Source: an uncultured Gammaproteobacteria bacterium
GTDB taxonomy: Bacteria; Pseudomonadota; Gammaproteobacteria; JAURND01
DNA: 64,000 nt
Direction: 5' to 3'
Assembly (NCBI GenBank): GCA_963714975.1
Contig: CAVQQD010000003.1
Coordinates: 686,412 to 750,411, forward strand
Shown here: positions 1 to 9,457 of the stretch, in pieces
Numbering within the stretch: the first letter of the stretch is position 1
Layout of the letters: every line of letters begins with the position of its first letter
Program-made: the position numbers and the translations under genes
The notes under the pieces: generated by a model
The model's database searches: none
Told to the model about the DNA's origin: nothing
Seen by the model: the letters and a program-made list of their open reading frames with translations, nothing else

Positions 1-253
1 TGATGTTTGGATTAGTATGGGCTTTGAAAATCAAGTGGATGAAGCGCATTTTGCGGCTTTTCAGGTGAACGAAGACCTGATGCAACTAGCCGATGCAAAA
101 GCCGTTTTTATGCATTGTTTGCCCATGGTGCGGGGTAAGGAAGTCAGTCATAGCTTGCCTGATTCGCCTTGTTCCGTTATTTTTCAACAAAGTGAAAATC
201 GCTTACATGTACAAAAAGCGTTACTGCTAAAACTGTTAAACTTGGAGAAATAG
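1..253 (+). CDS. argF: ornithine carbamoyltransferase, C-terminal fragment (gene begins upstream of window)
   Basis: Frame is open from nt 2. DVWISMG...FMHCLP..RG.EV...[18 protein letters not shown] matches the conserved OTCase C-terminus (HCLP motif). argG starts 1 nt after its stop. Confidence 0.8.
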   Translation, partial: DVWISMGFENQVDEAHFAAFQVNEDLMQLADAKAVFMHCLPMVRGKEVSHSLPDSPCSVIFQQSENRLHVQKALLLKLLNLEK

Positions 254-254
254 A

Positions 255-1460
255 ATGAAAAAAGTTATCTTAGCTTACTCAGGTGGATTGGATACCTCAT
301 GCGCCATTCGCTGGTTACAAGAACAATATCATTATGATGTGGTTGCTGTAGCAATGGATGTGGGAGAGGGAAAAGAACTGCAACCCATTCAACAAAAAGC
401 CTTACAAGTTGGGGCGATTCAATCCTATGTAGTAGAGGTTCAAGAGGAATTTGCGCGTGATTTTTTATTGCCTGCCTTACAAGCCAATGCCCTATACGAG
501 GGTGTTTATCCTTTGGTTTCAGCCCTATCGCGCCCGTTGATTGCACAAAAATTGGTGGAAATTGCTGAGCAAGAACAGGCTGTTGCTGTCGCGCATGGCT
601 GTACTGGTAAAGGCAATGACCAAGTCCGTTTTGATGTCAGTATTCATACTTTAGCGCCACATTTACAAATCATTGCACCCCAGCGAGAAAATCCCACTTC
701 ACGTGAAGAAGCGATTGCTTATGCCACAGCCCACGGTATTCCTTTGCCGGTGGATTTAAAAAATCCGTTTAGTATCGACCAAAATCTTTGGGGGCGGAGT
801 TGTGAGTGCGGGGTATTGGAGGATTCCTGGGCTGAACCTCCCGAAGAAGCTTATGCCCTAACCGCTTCTCTCGCCAATGCGCCCGATGCTGCTGAAGAAG
901 TGACGCTTGAGTTTACCCAGGGGGTGCCAGTTGCACTCAATGGCCAATCCATGGCCTTGGCGCCATTGATCCATGAACTCAACCGTCTGGCAGGTAGGCA
1001 TGGAGTAGGGCGGATTGATCATATTGAAAATCGATTAGTAGGCATTAAATCTCGTGAAGTGTACGAGGCGCCAGCAGCTATGACCTTAATTGCCGCCCAT
1101 CGTGCTTTAGAGGCTTTAACTTTGACGCGTGAAGTCGCTCATTTTAAGCCGCTCATTGAGCAACGTTTTGCGAATGTGATTTATGAAGGTTTATGGTTCT
1201 CGCCGCTACGCACTGCCCTGCAAGCCTTTATTCAGGAAACCCAGCGTTCAGTGACAGGCACGGTGCGCATTAAATTGCATAAAGGACATGCTCGCGTGGT
1301 GGGCCGTCGTTCGCCGTATTCGCTGTATTCGCAGGATTTGGCGACTTACACCGCGCAAGATCAGTTCGATCATCATGCCGCTTTGGGCTTTATAAAACTA
1401 TGGGGACTGCCAACCCAGTTGGCCTATGAGATGACTAAGAGCCTGTTTAAAGTCTTTTAA
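255..1460 (+). CDS. argG: argininosuccinate synthase
   Basis: 401 aa. N-terminal [12 protein letters not shown]-pyrophosphatase motif plus full-length resemblance to type-1 ArgG. Confidence 0.95.
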   Translation: MKKVILAYSGGLDTSCAIRWLQEQYHYDVVAVAMDVGEGKELQPIQQKALQVGAIQSYVVEVQEEFARDFLLPALQANALYEGVYPLVSALSRPLIAQKLVEIAEQEQAVAVAHGCTGKGNDQVRFDVSIHTLAPHLQIIAPQRENPTSREEAIAYATAHGIPLPVDLKNPFSIDQNLWGRSCECGVLEDSWAEPPEEAYALTASLANAPDAAEEVTLEFTQGVPVALNGQSMALAPLIHELNRLAGRHGVGRIDHIENRLVGIKSREVYEAPAAMTLIAAHRALEALTLTREVAHFKPLIEQRFANVIYEGLWFSPLRTALQAFIQETQRSVTGTVRIKLHKGHARVVGRRSPYSLYSQDLATYTAQDQFDHHAALGFIKLWGLPTQLAYEMTKSLFKVF

Positions 1461-1502
1461 AGTGAGGATATTACAATTCGCTGTGAACAGGCCCTGCGGC
1501 GG

Positions 1503-1523
1503 CCTCTCCCACAAGGGGAGAGG
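1503..1523. repeat. REP-like palindrome, family 1 (CCTCTCCC-N5-GGGAGAGG), probable terminator after argG
   Basis: Perfect 8-bp stem directly downstream of the argG stop. The same core recurs at 8 or more other intergenic sites. Confidence 0.7.
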
Positions 1524-1544
1524 AAAAATTGTGGTGAATAGTTA

Positions 1545-2033
1545 CTAACAACCTATAAAAGAAGGGCAACAACTTTCTTTGTCATCGTGTTCTTTCTGTA
1601 GGCCAACAAGATCATTAATGTTCTGGCCATTCATGCCAAAAGTATCCTTCAAGGTTTGTTCAGCATTTTGCGCTTTCTTATGAAGATGTAGAGCCCAAAG
1701 CAACACAAGTAGTGCTGCAAAAGCAAGCACGCCAACGGCTACTGGATCAAGATTCGTTACCTGAGAGTGTGTAATAGGATTAGCAGGATCAGTATTGTCG
1801 ATGTAGGTTTGTGTATAAGACAGTAATGGATCACCAGCTCTCAAATAATTCTCTAGAGTTGCCGCGCTCATACCAGCTAAAAGCGAACCAAAAGTAGGAG
1901 ACTTCCATGTGGGACCGTTGGCTATAGCTTTAACCAAGTCGCGCGCATTAACAGATTCCCCAGTTGGAGTGTCTCTATTAAGGTCAGCTATTTGGTCTAG
2001 AGATCGATATGTTACTCTAGGTTGACGTGGCAT
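1545..2033 (-). CDS. hypothetical single-TM protein (162 aa)
   Basis: ORF track 1545..2072. I prefer the ATG at 2033 because GGAGG lies 4 nt upstream. One hydrophobic segment (VAVGVLAFAALLVLLWAL). No recognisable family. Confidence 0.5.
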   Translation of the reverse strand: MPRQPRVTYRSLDQIADLNRDTPTGESVNARDLVKAIANGPTWKSPTFGSLLAGMSAATLENYLRAGDPLLSYTQTYIDNTDPANPITHSQVTNLDPVAVGVLAFAALLVLLWALHLHKKAQNAEQTLKDTFGMNGQNINDLVGLQKEHDDKESCCPSFIGC

Positions 2034-2116
2034 TTTACCTCCAAAATTATAAGTAGTTTCAGATAATTGCACACTATATCATGCCAAGCTTAAAGAAGTG
2101 TTAATTGCTGTCAAAT

Positions 2117-2503
2117 TTGGGTGTAATTAAAACTGCGGTCAGAAGATCCCAGAAGCGTGCACGAATAATGCCGGCATCACTTGAGCAGGGCGATGAGGCC
2201 GTAGGTAACTCGGCCTGTGGGGATCCGCCTACTGCGGCACCCCACCATGCTCGCAGGGGATGAGCAACAAATCACCGATTCTATGAACCAAGGTCAAACA
2301 TCAAGTTCATAGCCATACAAGCCTGCTGCCGCGTGAAAAGGAATTTGTTGCTCATCCCCGTGCTGCGCATGGTTGGGGGCTCGCCTCCGTGGCACCTCCT
2401 CGGCCGATTTACCTACGGCGCCTCATCGCCCTGCTCAAGTGATGCCGGCATTATTCGTGCACGCTTCTGGGATCTTCTGACCGCAGTTTTAATTACACCC
2501 CAA
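2117..2503. repeat. ~390-bp foldback element (two inverted ~155-bp units around a ~70-nt centre)
   Basis: The outer 79 nt (2121-2199) are the exact reverse complement of 2422-2500. The inner ~75 nt of each arm are similar but diverged. The arms contain family-1 REP-like modules (ATCCGCCT..TGCGGCACC). Confidence 0.85.
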
Positions 2504-2681
2504 TTCTTAGCAGGTTGAATATGGCCGAAAAACACGGTAGACAGGGTTTAAGCTGAAACGTAATATACGTAACGGTGAAATCAGCGATCAAAATGCTTTG
2601 GATAATTCTCAATTATCCCAACAACCGGAAGGAAAAACGGGTTGCTCGCGCGGCATGAGCCGCAGGCGGGTGGAGAAAATT

Positions 2682-4112
2682 ATGAATAAAAAACTTTGGG
2701 GTGGGCGATTTGCTCAATCCACTAATGCGCAAGTTGAGGAATTTTTGGCTTCGATTCATTTTGATGCTGAGCTGGCGTTTGAAGATATTTCAGGTAGTCT
2801 TGCTCATGCCGCCATGTTAAATCAGTGTGGCATTCTTTCTGAGCAAGAACATAGGATTTTAACCGATGGGTTAAAGCAAATAGCGCAAAAGATCGCTGAC
2901 AATGAATTCGATTTTTCGGCAGCAGATGAAGATATTCATATGAATATTGAGCGTGCCTTGAGCGAAATGATTGGGCCAGAAATTGCCGGTAAATTGCACA
3001 CCGCGCGTAGCCGGAATGATCAGGTTGCCTTAGATATTCATTTATATTTACGTCGGCAATTGCTGGATATTTTTGCGTTGTTACTTAACTTTAGACAAAC
3101 ATTAATTAAGCAGGCGGAACGTTATTCAGCAGTGATTTTACCCGGTTATACTCATTTACAGCGTGCCCAACCTATTCGTCTTTCCTTGCATTTTTTAGCC
3201 TATGCCGCGATGTTTAGTCGCGATGCTGAGCGTCTCCAGCAATTATGGCCGCGGGTGAATTGCTCACCCCTGGGGGCCGCAGCGCTTGCTGGCACGCGTT
3301 GGCCGACTGAGCCCAGTTTTGTCGCGAATTATTTAGGTTTTGATGCGGTGTACAGCAATAGTTTAGATGCGGTCAGCGATCGTGATTTTGTGGTTGAATT
3401 TTTGTCGAGTGCCTCACTGATCATGTTACATTTATCCCGTCTCAGTGAAGAGTTGATTTTATGGTCTAGCCAAGAATTTAATTTCATTAGTTTTGCCGAT
3501 GCGTATTCAACGGGTAGCAGCATCATGCCGCAGAAAAAAAATCCCGATGTGGCTGAACTGGTGCGAGGAAAAACTGGGCGAGTTTATGGGGCGCTCATAA
3601 CTCTATTGACGGTCTTGAAGGGCTTACCCTTAGCTTATAATAAAGACTTGCAAGAAGATAAAGAACCTTTGTTTGATACGGTTGCCACGTTACGGGGTTG
3701 TCTGCGCGTTTACAGCCCGCTCCTGGATACGTTGACTATCAATGCAGATGTTATGCGTTTGGCGACAGAAGCTGGGTTTCTGAATGCGACTGATTTGGCA
3801 GATTATCTGGCACAATCAGGCTTGTCTTTTCGTGCTGCTCATCACCTCGTCGGTCAGATGGTTGCTTATTGTGCGAGTAAAGCTTGCCGCTTAGAAGAAT
3901 TGTCTTTAGCTGAAATGCAAAGTTTCGCTCCGCAAATTGGCGAGGAAGTGTATACTGTCCTGGATCTAGAAAAGATTGTTGAAGCTCATGCGAGTGCAGG
4001 TGGGCCGAGTTTAGCTTCCATCCACGCACAAATACAAATGGCTGAGCAGCAACTTAACTTGGATCGGCAGTGGCAGTTGGAGAAGGGATCTGAGCTCGAG
4101 GGACAGAAATGA
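2682..4112 (+). CDS. argH: argininosuccinate lyase
   Basis: [10 protein letters not shown] start typical of ArgH, with GGAG upstream. Fumarate-lyase signature [12 protein letters not shown]. The ORF-track start at 2598 is a TTG extension running out of the foldback. Confidence 0.95.
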   Translation: MNKKLWGGRFAQSTNAQVEEFLASIHFDAELAFEDISGSLAHAAMLNQCGILSEQEHRILTDGLKQIAQKIADNEFDFSAADEDIHMNIERALSEMIGPEIAGKLHTARSRNDQVALDIHLYLRRQLLDIFALLLNFRQTLIKQAERYSAVILPGYTHLQRAQPIRLSLHFLAYAAMFSRDAERLQQLWPRVNCSPLGAAALAGTRWPTEPSFVANYLGFDAVYSNSLDAVSDRDFVVEFLSSASLIMLHLSRLSEELILWSSQEFNFISFADAYSTGSSIMPQKKNPDVAELVRGKTGRVYGALITLLTVLKGLPLAYNKDLQEDKEPLFDTVATLRGCLRVYSPLLDTLTINADVMRLATEAGFLNATDLADYLAQSGLSFRAAHHLVGQMVAYCASKACRLEELSLAEMQSFAPQIGEEVYTVLDLEKIVEAHASAGGPSLASIHAQIQMAEQQLNLDRQWQLEKGSELEGQK

Positions 4113-4855
4113 AAATATTAGTACCCATCAAGCGTGTTATTGATTACAGCATCAGAATCCGCATTAAAAGCGATGGCTCAGGGGTTGAGACTTCGAATGT
4201 CAAAATGTCCATGAATCCCTTCGATGAAATTGCGTTAGAAGAAGCGGTGCGGCAACAAGAAGCAGGGATTGCGCAAGAAGTTGTGGCGGTTACGCTTGGT
4301 ACTAAGGAATCCCAGGAAACTCTGCGCACTGCATTAGCGATGGGAGCTACGCGGGCTATTTTAATAGAAACAGCGTCAGCACTAGAACCCCTGCATGTCG
4401 CTAAATTATTACAAAAATTAGTTGCCCAAGAAAATCCAAACTTAATTTTAATGGGTAAACAAGCCATCGACGATGATTGCAATCAAACTGGTCAAATGCT
4501 TGCCGCCTTATTACATTGGCCCCAAGCTACTTTTGCTTCTAAATTAATCATTGAAGCGGGTAAGGCTATAGTGACACGCGAAATTGATGGGGGGTTAGAG
4601 ACCATTGCGATTTGTTTACCTGGGGTAGTCACTACCGATTTACGCTTGAATCAGCCTCGTTATATATCTTTACCCAAAATTATGCAGGCCAAAAATAAGC
4701 CCCTGCAAGTGCTTCCGGCGACAGACCTAGGCGTCGATTTAACCCCTCATCTCATCACCCTCAAAACTGAACCACCCCCCGCGCGAAAGTCGGGTGTGCG
4801 TGTGGCATCCGTCGCAGAACTCATCGAAAAGTTAAAACAGGAAGGAGCCCTGTAA
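4109..4855 (+). CDS. etfB: electron transfer flavoprotein beta subunit
   Basis: 248 aa, [11 protein letters not shown] start typical of EtfB. The ATG overlaps the argH stop (ATGA). Confidence 0.9.
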   Translation: MKILVPIKRVIDYSIRIRIKSDGSGVETSNVKMSMNPFDEIALEEAVRQQEAGIAQEVVAVTLGTKESQETLRTALAMGATRAILIETASALEPLHVAKLLQKLVAQENPNLILMGKQAIDDDCNQTGQMLAALLHWPQATFASKLIIEAGKAIVTREIDGGLETIAICLPGVVTTDLRLNQPRYISLPKIMQAKNKPLQVLPATDLGVDLTPHLITLKTEPPPARKSGVRVASVAELIEKLKQEGAL

Positions 4856-4857
4856 CC

Positions 4858-5790
4858 ATGTCAGCCTTAGTCATCGTAGAACACGATAACCAACAGTTAA
4901 AAGCAGTTACGCTACCAGTAGTCACTGCCGCAAACCAATTGGCAGCAGAAGTTTCCGCTCTGGTGATTGGTTATGACAATCAAGCGGTGGCGGAGCAGGT
5001 GGCATCCCTGCAAGGTATTAGCAAAGTCATCTTGGTGAATCATCCAAATTATCAGCATTTTCTTGCCGAGTCAGTGGCTGCTGTTATCCATTCCCTCGCT
5101 ACGTCCTATTCCCATCTCCTGGCCCCAGCGACGGCTTTTGGTAAAAATATTTTGCCACGAGTTGCTGCGTTGTTGGATGTGGCGCAAATTTCTGATGTGT
5201 TACAGGTTATTGCCAAAGATAGCTTTGTTCGTCCCATTTATGCTGGCAATGCTCTTACGACAGTACAATCTCAGGATAAGATAAAGCTACTGACCATTCG
5301 CACCACTGCATTCGCACCGGCTAAAAAGGCTGACAAAACTGCGCCTATCGAATTATTTGAAATTGTTGTGGACAATCGCAGCAGCACATGGCTGAGTGCT
5401 GCAGAAAATCGTTCCGAACGTCCTGAATTAACTGCTGCTCGAGTGGTTGTAGCAGGAGGCCGGGGACTGCAAAATGCCGAAAGTTTTCAAAAATTGCTGA
5501 AGTTAGCAGAACTGCTCAACGCGGCTGTAGGTGCCTCAAGAGCCGCAGTAGATGCTGGTTTTGCCCCCAATGATTGGCAAGTTGGGCAAACTGGAAAAAT
5601 TGTCGCCCCTGAGCTCTACATCGCCATTGGTATTTCTGGGGCCATTCAACATCTGGCAGGTATGAAAGACAGCAAAATTATTGTTGCTATCAATAAAGAT
5701 CCTGACGCCCCAATCTTTCAGGTAGCAGATTACGGATTGGTCGCCGATTTCTTCACCGTATTGCCAGAATTAGAACAAGCATTACAATAA
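4858..5790 (+). CDS. etfA: electron transfer flavoprotein alpha subunit
   Basis: 310 aa. C-terminal FAD-binding region ([19 protein letters not shown]) typical of EtfA. Starts 2 nt after etfB. Confidence 0.9.
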   Translation: MSALVIVEHDNQQLKAVTLPVVTAANQLAAEVSALVIGYDNQAVAEQVASLQGISKVILVNHPNYQHFLAESVAAVIHSLATSYSHLLAPATAFGKNILPRVAALLDVAQISDVLQVIAKDSFVRPIYAGNALTTVQSQDKIKLLTIRTTAFAPAKKADKTAPIELFEIVVDNRSSTWLSAAENRSERPELTAARVVVAGGRGLQNAESFQKLLKLAELLNAAVGASRAAVDAGFAPNDWQVGQTGKIVAPELYIAIGISGAIQHLAGMKDSKIIVAINKDPDAPIFQVADYGLVADFFTVLPELEQALQ

Positions 5791-5792
5791 AT

Positions 5793-5832
5793 CCCCTCTC
5801 CCCCAACCGTTTTTGTTGGTGGGGAGAGGGGG
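5793..5832. repeat. REP-like palindrome, family 1 variant; probable etfA terminator
   Basis: CCCCTCTCCCCCAAC...GTTGGTGGGGAGAGGGG stem-loop with a T-run in the loop, 3 nt after the etfA stop. Confidence 0.7.
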
Positions 5833-5846
5833 TGCTAGATTTGGCC

Positions 5847-5891
5847 CACCCCTCATCCGCCTGCGGCACCTTCTCCCACAGGGGGAGAAGG
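5847..5891. repeat. REP-like element, family 1 long form
   Basis: CACCCCTCATCCGCCTGCGGCACCTTCTCCC-ACA-GGGGGAGAAGG. Near-identical long form at 40017-40073. Confidence 0.75.
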
Positions 5892-5906
5892 AATAAGGCC
5901 GAGGAT

Positions 5907-7073
5907 TTAGGTAGACAAATTTAGCCAATTCTTACGGAGTATCATTCCAAGAACTAATAACGCCAGGGTCAAAAACACAAACATCACAATGCCGATGAAG
6001 AAAAATTCTCCGTTGTAAAAATAGCTCACCCATTGCAGGCACAAGGCTGAAACAATTAAGCGACTCCCGGCGATGAGCGCAATAATTCTTCCTTTAGCAG
6101 CAGGCAATAGCTGCAAAGTTTGTGGATAAAGCATAGTAAACGGAAATAACACTCCCGCTACTAAAATTACTATACTTCCCGTTATCAGTAACGGGTCTCG
6201 GACGTTTAAAATTGTCAGCAGTAAAATAAAAAAATTGCCCAGAATACATAAAATAATGCCGGTAACTAGGCAACGCCTGTGTCCTATAACTTTTAAAAGT
6301 AGCGGGGCTAACAAACTGGTGATGCCAAACACTCCGGCAATAGCGCCTTGATAATAGCCAAAATGCTCAAGTGGAACGCCCAAGGATTCCATATAAAAGA
6401 TTGGCGACATGCCAATAAATACCCAAAAAGGAATGACCAAGCAGCAAATACAAGCTCCAAATGCCAGCAGCTGAGGATATTTGAATAAAGGTAAATAAGT
6501 TCGTGGTGACAAAGATAAACTTGCATCGCCTTTAGAGTGAGGAATGCTTAAATAGCAGGTTACTAAGCAGATCACAGCGAGAATCAATAAAAGCACGAAA
6601 TTGCCGCGCCAACCAAAATAGAGCGTTATATAACTACCCACCATGGGTGCGAAAGCCATAGCCATGGTCGAGAAGCCATTTAATACTGCCAACAGGGTAA
6701 CTTGCTTGTGCAATGGATAAGTCTCTGCAATCACCGCATAGGCTAAAACCATGGGGCCAGCCATGCCGACTCCTTGAAAAAAACGACCTAGTATCAGCAG
6801 GGGAAAGTTAAGTGCGCCTGCGCAAAAAATACTGCCAATGAGAAATATCCACAGGCTGTAAATAATCACGTGACGTCGATTATATTTATCACCCAGGGGA
6901 CCCGTGAATAAGCAACAGATACAATAGGCAATGAAATTGATGCTGATCGTTAACTGAACTAAGAAAGGTGTCAGGTGAAAAATTTCTTGTAGCTGAGGAA
7001 AACTCGGGATAAATAAATCTAGTTCGGCTCCCGATAAGATGAACAGCGCCACAGTGGTAAAAATTAGCAGCAT
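5907..7073 (-). CDS. MFS transporter, Bcr/CflA-like drug efflux type
   Basis: 388 aa, about 12 hydrophobic segments. Loop motif GPLGDKYNRR resembles the MFS motif A. Confidence 0.8.
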   Translation of the reverse strand: MLLIFTTVALFILSGAELDLFIPSFPQLQEIFHLTPFLVQLTISINFIAYCICCLFTGPLGDKYNRRHVIIYSLWIFLIGSIFCAGALNFPLLILGRFFQGVGMAGPMVLAYAVIAETYPLHKQVTLLAVLNGFSTMAMAFAPMVGSYITLYFGWRGNFVLLLILAVICLVTCYLSIPHSKGDASLSLSPRTYLPLFKYPQLLAFGACICCLVIPFWVFIGMSPIFYMESLGVPLEHFGYYQGAIAGVFGITSLLAPLLLKVIGHRRCLVTGIILCILGNFFILLLTILNVRDPLLITGSIVILVAGVLFPFTMLYPQTLQLLPAAKGRIIALIAGSRLIVSALCLQWVSYFYNGEFFFIGIVMFVFLTLALLVLGMILRKNWLNLST

Positions 7074-7076
7074 AAG

Positions 7077-8681
7077 TTAAGTTCGTTTCAAATAATCTTG
7101 GCCATATTGTGCCAAATATTCATGGTAGTTCCCAAGATAATTTTGGGCGCCTTGTTCTGATAAAGCTAAAATGCGTGTGGCCATTTTATCAATGAAATAG
7201 CGATTGTGGCTCACAATTAAAATGGCGCCTGGAAAACGCTGGAGAGCTTCGGTTAATGCATCAATGGATTCTAAGTCCAAATGGTTGGTGGGCTCGTCTA
7301 AAACTAAAGTATTGTGCTGTTCTAAAATTAATTTGGCGAGCACGAGTCGTGCTGATTCGCCACCGCTAAGTAAGCCAATTTTTTTTTCGACATCTTGACC
7401 ACGAAATAATACCTGACCTAATACATTGCGGATTTTTTGTGCAGGAATAGGTAATTTAGCTTCTAACCATGCTAAAACGGTTTCTGCTGGGGGTAATTGT
7501 TCGCGGAAATCTTGGGCAAAATAGCCAATTTTAATGGTTTCTCCCCATTGATATTGTCCTTGATCTGCGGTTAGTTGGCCCAGCAGAATTTTTAACAAAG
7601 TCGACTTGCCGATACCATTTGGCCCAATGATGGCACATTTATCTGCCCGAGTTAAACTAAATGAAATGTTGTGTAGTAAAGGCTGTTGGTCAAATTGTTT
7701 GGAGATATTTTTTGCCGTAAGTACGGATTTTCCTGAAGGTTTATCAGGCATGAAATTAAAATAAGGTTTGACCATTGAGGAATCTTTAATTTCAGGAAGC
7801 TCAATGCGTTCGAGCATTTTTTGTCGTGACATTGCCTGCCGAGAGCGAGTAGCGCTAGCTTTAAAGCGATCGACAAATTTTTGCATTGTAGCAATTTGCA
7901 TGGTTTTGTGATCGTATTCACTTTGCTTTTGTCTTTGAGTTTGCTCTTTAGCTAGCTCAAATTGCTCATAATTTCCAACATAGGCAGTAATGGCGCCAAA
8001 ATCGATATCTAGAATCATCGTCGCCAAATTATTTAAGAATTCACGGTCGTGGGATATAAAAACCAATAATCCTTTAAATTGAGTTTTCAGAAAGGTTTCT
8101 AACCAGGCGATGGTAATGATATCAAGGTGATTAGTCGGTTCATCCAGCAACATAATATCAGGTTGTTGGAATAGCACTTGGGCCAGTAAGGTGCGTAATT
8201 TATAGCCACCCGATAAAGCACTGAGGGGACCATAGTGGTATTTGGGCAAAATTCCCAAGCCGGTTAACAACTCTTCTGCGCGTGCCGGAGCATCATAGCC
8301 TTCGTGGTGCAAAATAATTTCTTCTAAGCTCCCTAATCGATAGCCCTCGGTTTCGCTCAAATTTGTTTTTTGTAACAACATTTCTTTTTCTTGTAGGGCA
8401 GACCACAGTTGAGCATTACCTTTGATCACGGCATCCACCACACGATCGTTCTCATAGCGAAAATGATCTTGTTTTAAAATGCCAATGCTAACATTATTGG
8501 GCTTTTCAATGCTGCCGGTCGAAGGACTTTCTTCTGCTGCTAATAAGCGCAACAGCGAAGATTTGCCCGCGCCATTAGCTCCCACCACTCCATAGCGTTT
8601 GTTTGGTAAAAGAACGAGGTCGACGTCTTTAAATAAGGTCCTGGGGCCATGCGCCAGGCCTAAAGAACTGAGGGAAAGCAT
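7077..8681 (-). CDS. ABC-F family ATPase (two ABC cassettes, no membrane domain; YbiT-like length)
   Basis: 534 aa. Walker A GANGAGKSS and GPNGIGKST, two LSGG signatures, inter-domain linker. Confidence 0.9.
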   Translation of the reverse strand: MLSLSSLGLAHGPRTLFKDVDLVLLPNKRYGVVGANGAGKSSLLRLLAAEESPSTGSIEKPNNVSIGILKQDHFRYENDRVVDAVIKGNAQLWSALQEKEMLLQKTNLSETEGYRLGSLEEIILHHEGYDAPARAEELLTGLGILPKYHYGPLSALSGGYKLRTLLAQVLFQQPDIMLLDEPTNHLDIITIAWLETFLKTQFKGLLVFISHDREFLNNLATMILDIDFGAITAYVGNYEQFELAKEQTQRQKQSEYDHKTMQIATMQKFVDRFKASATRSRQAMSRQKMLERIELPEIKDSSMVKPYFNFMPDKPSGKSVLTAKNISKQFDQQPLLHNISFSLTRADKCAIIGPNGIGKSTLLKILLGQLTADQGQYQWGETIKIGYFAQDFREQLPPAETVLAWLEAKLPIPAQKIRNVLGQVLFRGQDVEKKIGLLSGGESARLVLAKLILEQHNTLVLDEPTNHLDLESIDALTEALQRFPGAILIVSHNRYFIDKMATRILALSEQGAQNYLGNYHEYLAQYGQDYLKRT

Positions 8682-8749
8682 GGTATTGATCTCTAAAAAT
8701 GGGCGTTTACAATATCTGGTTTGCGTTGATTTGTAAAGCGGGTGAAATT

Positions 8750-8773
8750 CCCTTCTCCCCTAGGGGAGAAGGG
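8750..8773. repeat. REP-like palindrome, family 1
   Basis: CCCTTCTCCCC-TA-GGGGAGAAGGG, just downstream of the 8790..9341 gene on the minus strand. Confidence 0.7.
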
Positions 8774-8789
8774 ATGAAAAGACGTTAGA

Positions 8790-9341
8790 CTAGCTCTTTA
8801 AACTTTTTTGTACTTCTTTTGCCATTTTTAAATGCTGAGTGACAGCGTTTTTAGTAGCACTTAAATATTTAATTAGCTCTGGGTTAGAAGCATTGGGTAA
8901 AAGTTTTTCGTCAATAATTTTTAACACTTTACTGTGGCCTTTAACCATTGCGGTAATATAGGCGTTATCAAAATTATTGCCTCGTTTGCTAGCCAAATCT
9001 TTCATTTCCGCGTTACCAAGTTTTTTTAGGACCTCAATTTTTTCTGAAGAAATTGGGGTAATGTGGGTTTTTTTGCTAAATGCTTCTATTGCTTGTAAGT
9101 TTTTGCTGTGGTCTCTGATCATAGTCTCGGCAAAATTCTTAACTTGAGGATTCGCAGATTTTTGTGCAGCTTCCCTCCCTAGGTTAATTTCATTTTGATT
9201 GATGACAATCATGGTCTCTAAAATTTTGCCAGCTTTTTGATTCATGGTAGGGTCGACATGACCATGGGTGGCAGCCACGGCTAAAAAAGCAAAAAAAGAT
9301 AAAATTATCGCAAAAAACATCAAAAAAATGTTTTCCTTCAT
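8790..9341 (-). CDS. secreted DUF4142-like protein
   Basis: I prefer the ATG at 9341 (AAGGAG upstream), which gives a signal-peptide-like N-terminus (MKENIFLMFFAIILSFFAFLAVAA). The repeated E..LG..A......V..FA..MI.DH pattern resembles DUF4142. Confidence 0.65.
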   Translation of the reverse strand: MKENIFLMFFAIILSFFAFLAVAATHGHVDPTMNQKAGKILETMIVINQNEINLGREAAQKSANPQVKNFAETMIRDHSKNLQAIEAFSKKTHITPISSEKIEVLKKLGNAEMKDLASKRGNNFDNAYITAMVKGHSKVLKIIDEKLLPNASNPELIKYLSATKNAVTQHLKMAKEVQKSLKS

Positions 9342-9457
9342 GGGTGTCTCCTTGGGTGTATTTAAAGTGGCTAATATAGGATAGGACATAATAGCGTTTT
9401 TTCCACGCTAGGCTTGGCATTTTCTGAATTAGTTGCTTATAATCCGGCACGGTCGAA

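Noticed and set aside
265-546. This and about 40 other short ORFs nested antisense or out of frame within long conserved genes (for example 3329-3526, 4144-4482, 16692-16957, 40389-40721)
   Set aside because: Each overlaps a confidently identified gene and shows no independent signal.
2333-2518. 61-aa ORF in the six-frame track
   Set aside because: It lies entirely inside one arm of the 390-bp foldback. Its sequence is just the translated repeat, with no RBS.
2598-2681. N-terminal 28-aa extension of argH (TTG start)
   Set aside because: ArgH proteins start at the [14 protein letters not shown] sequence. The ATG at 2682 has a GGAG upstream. The extension reads out of repeat DNA.
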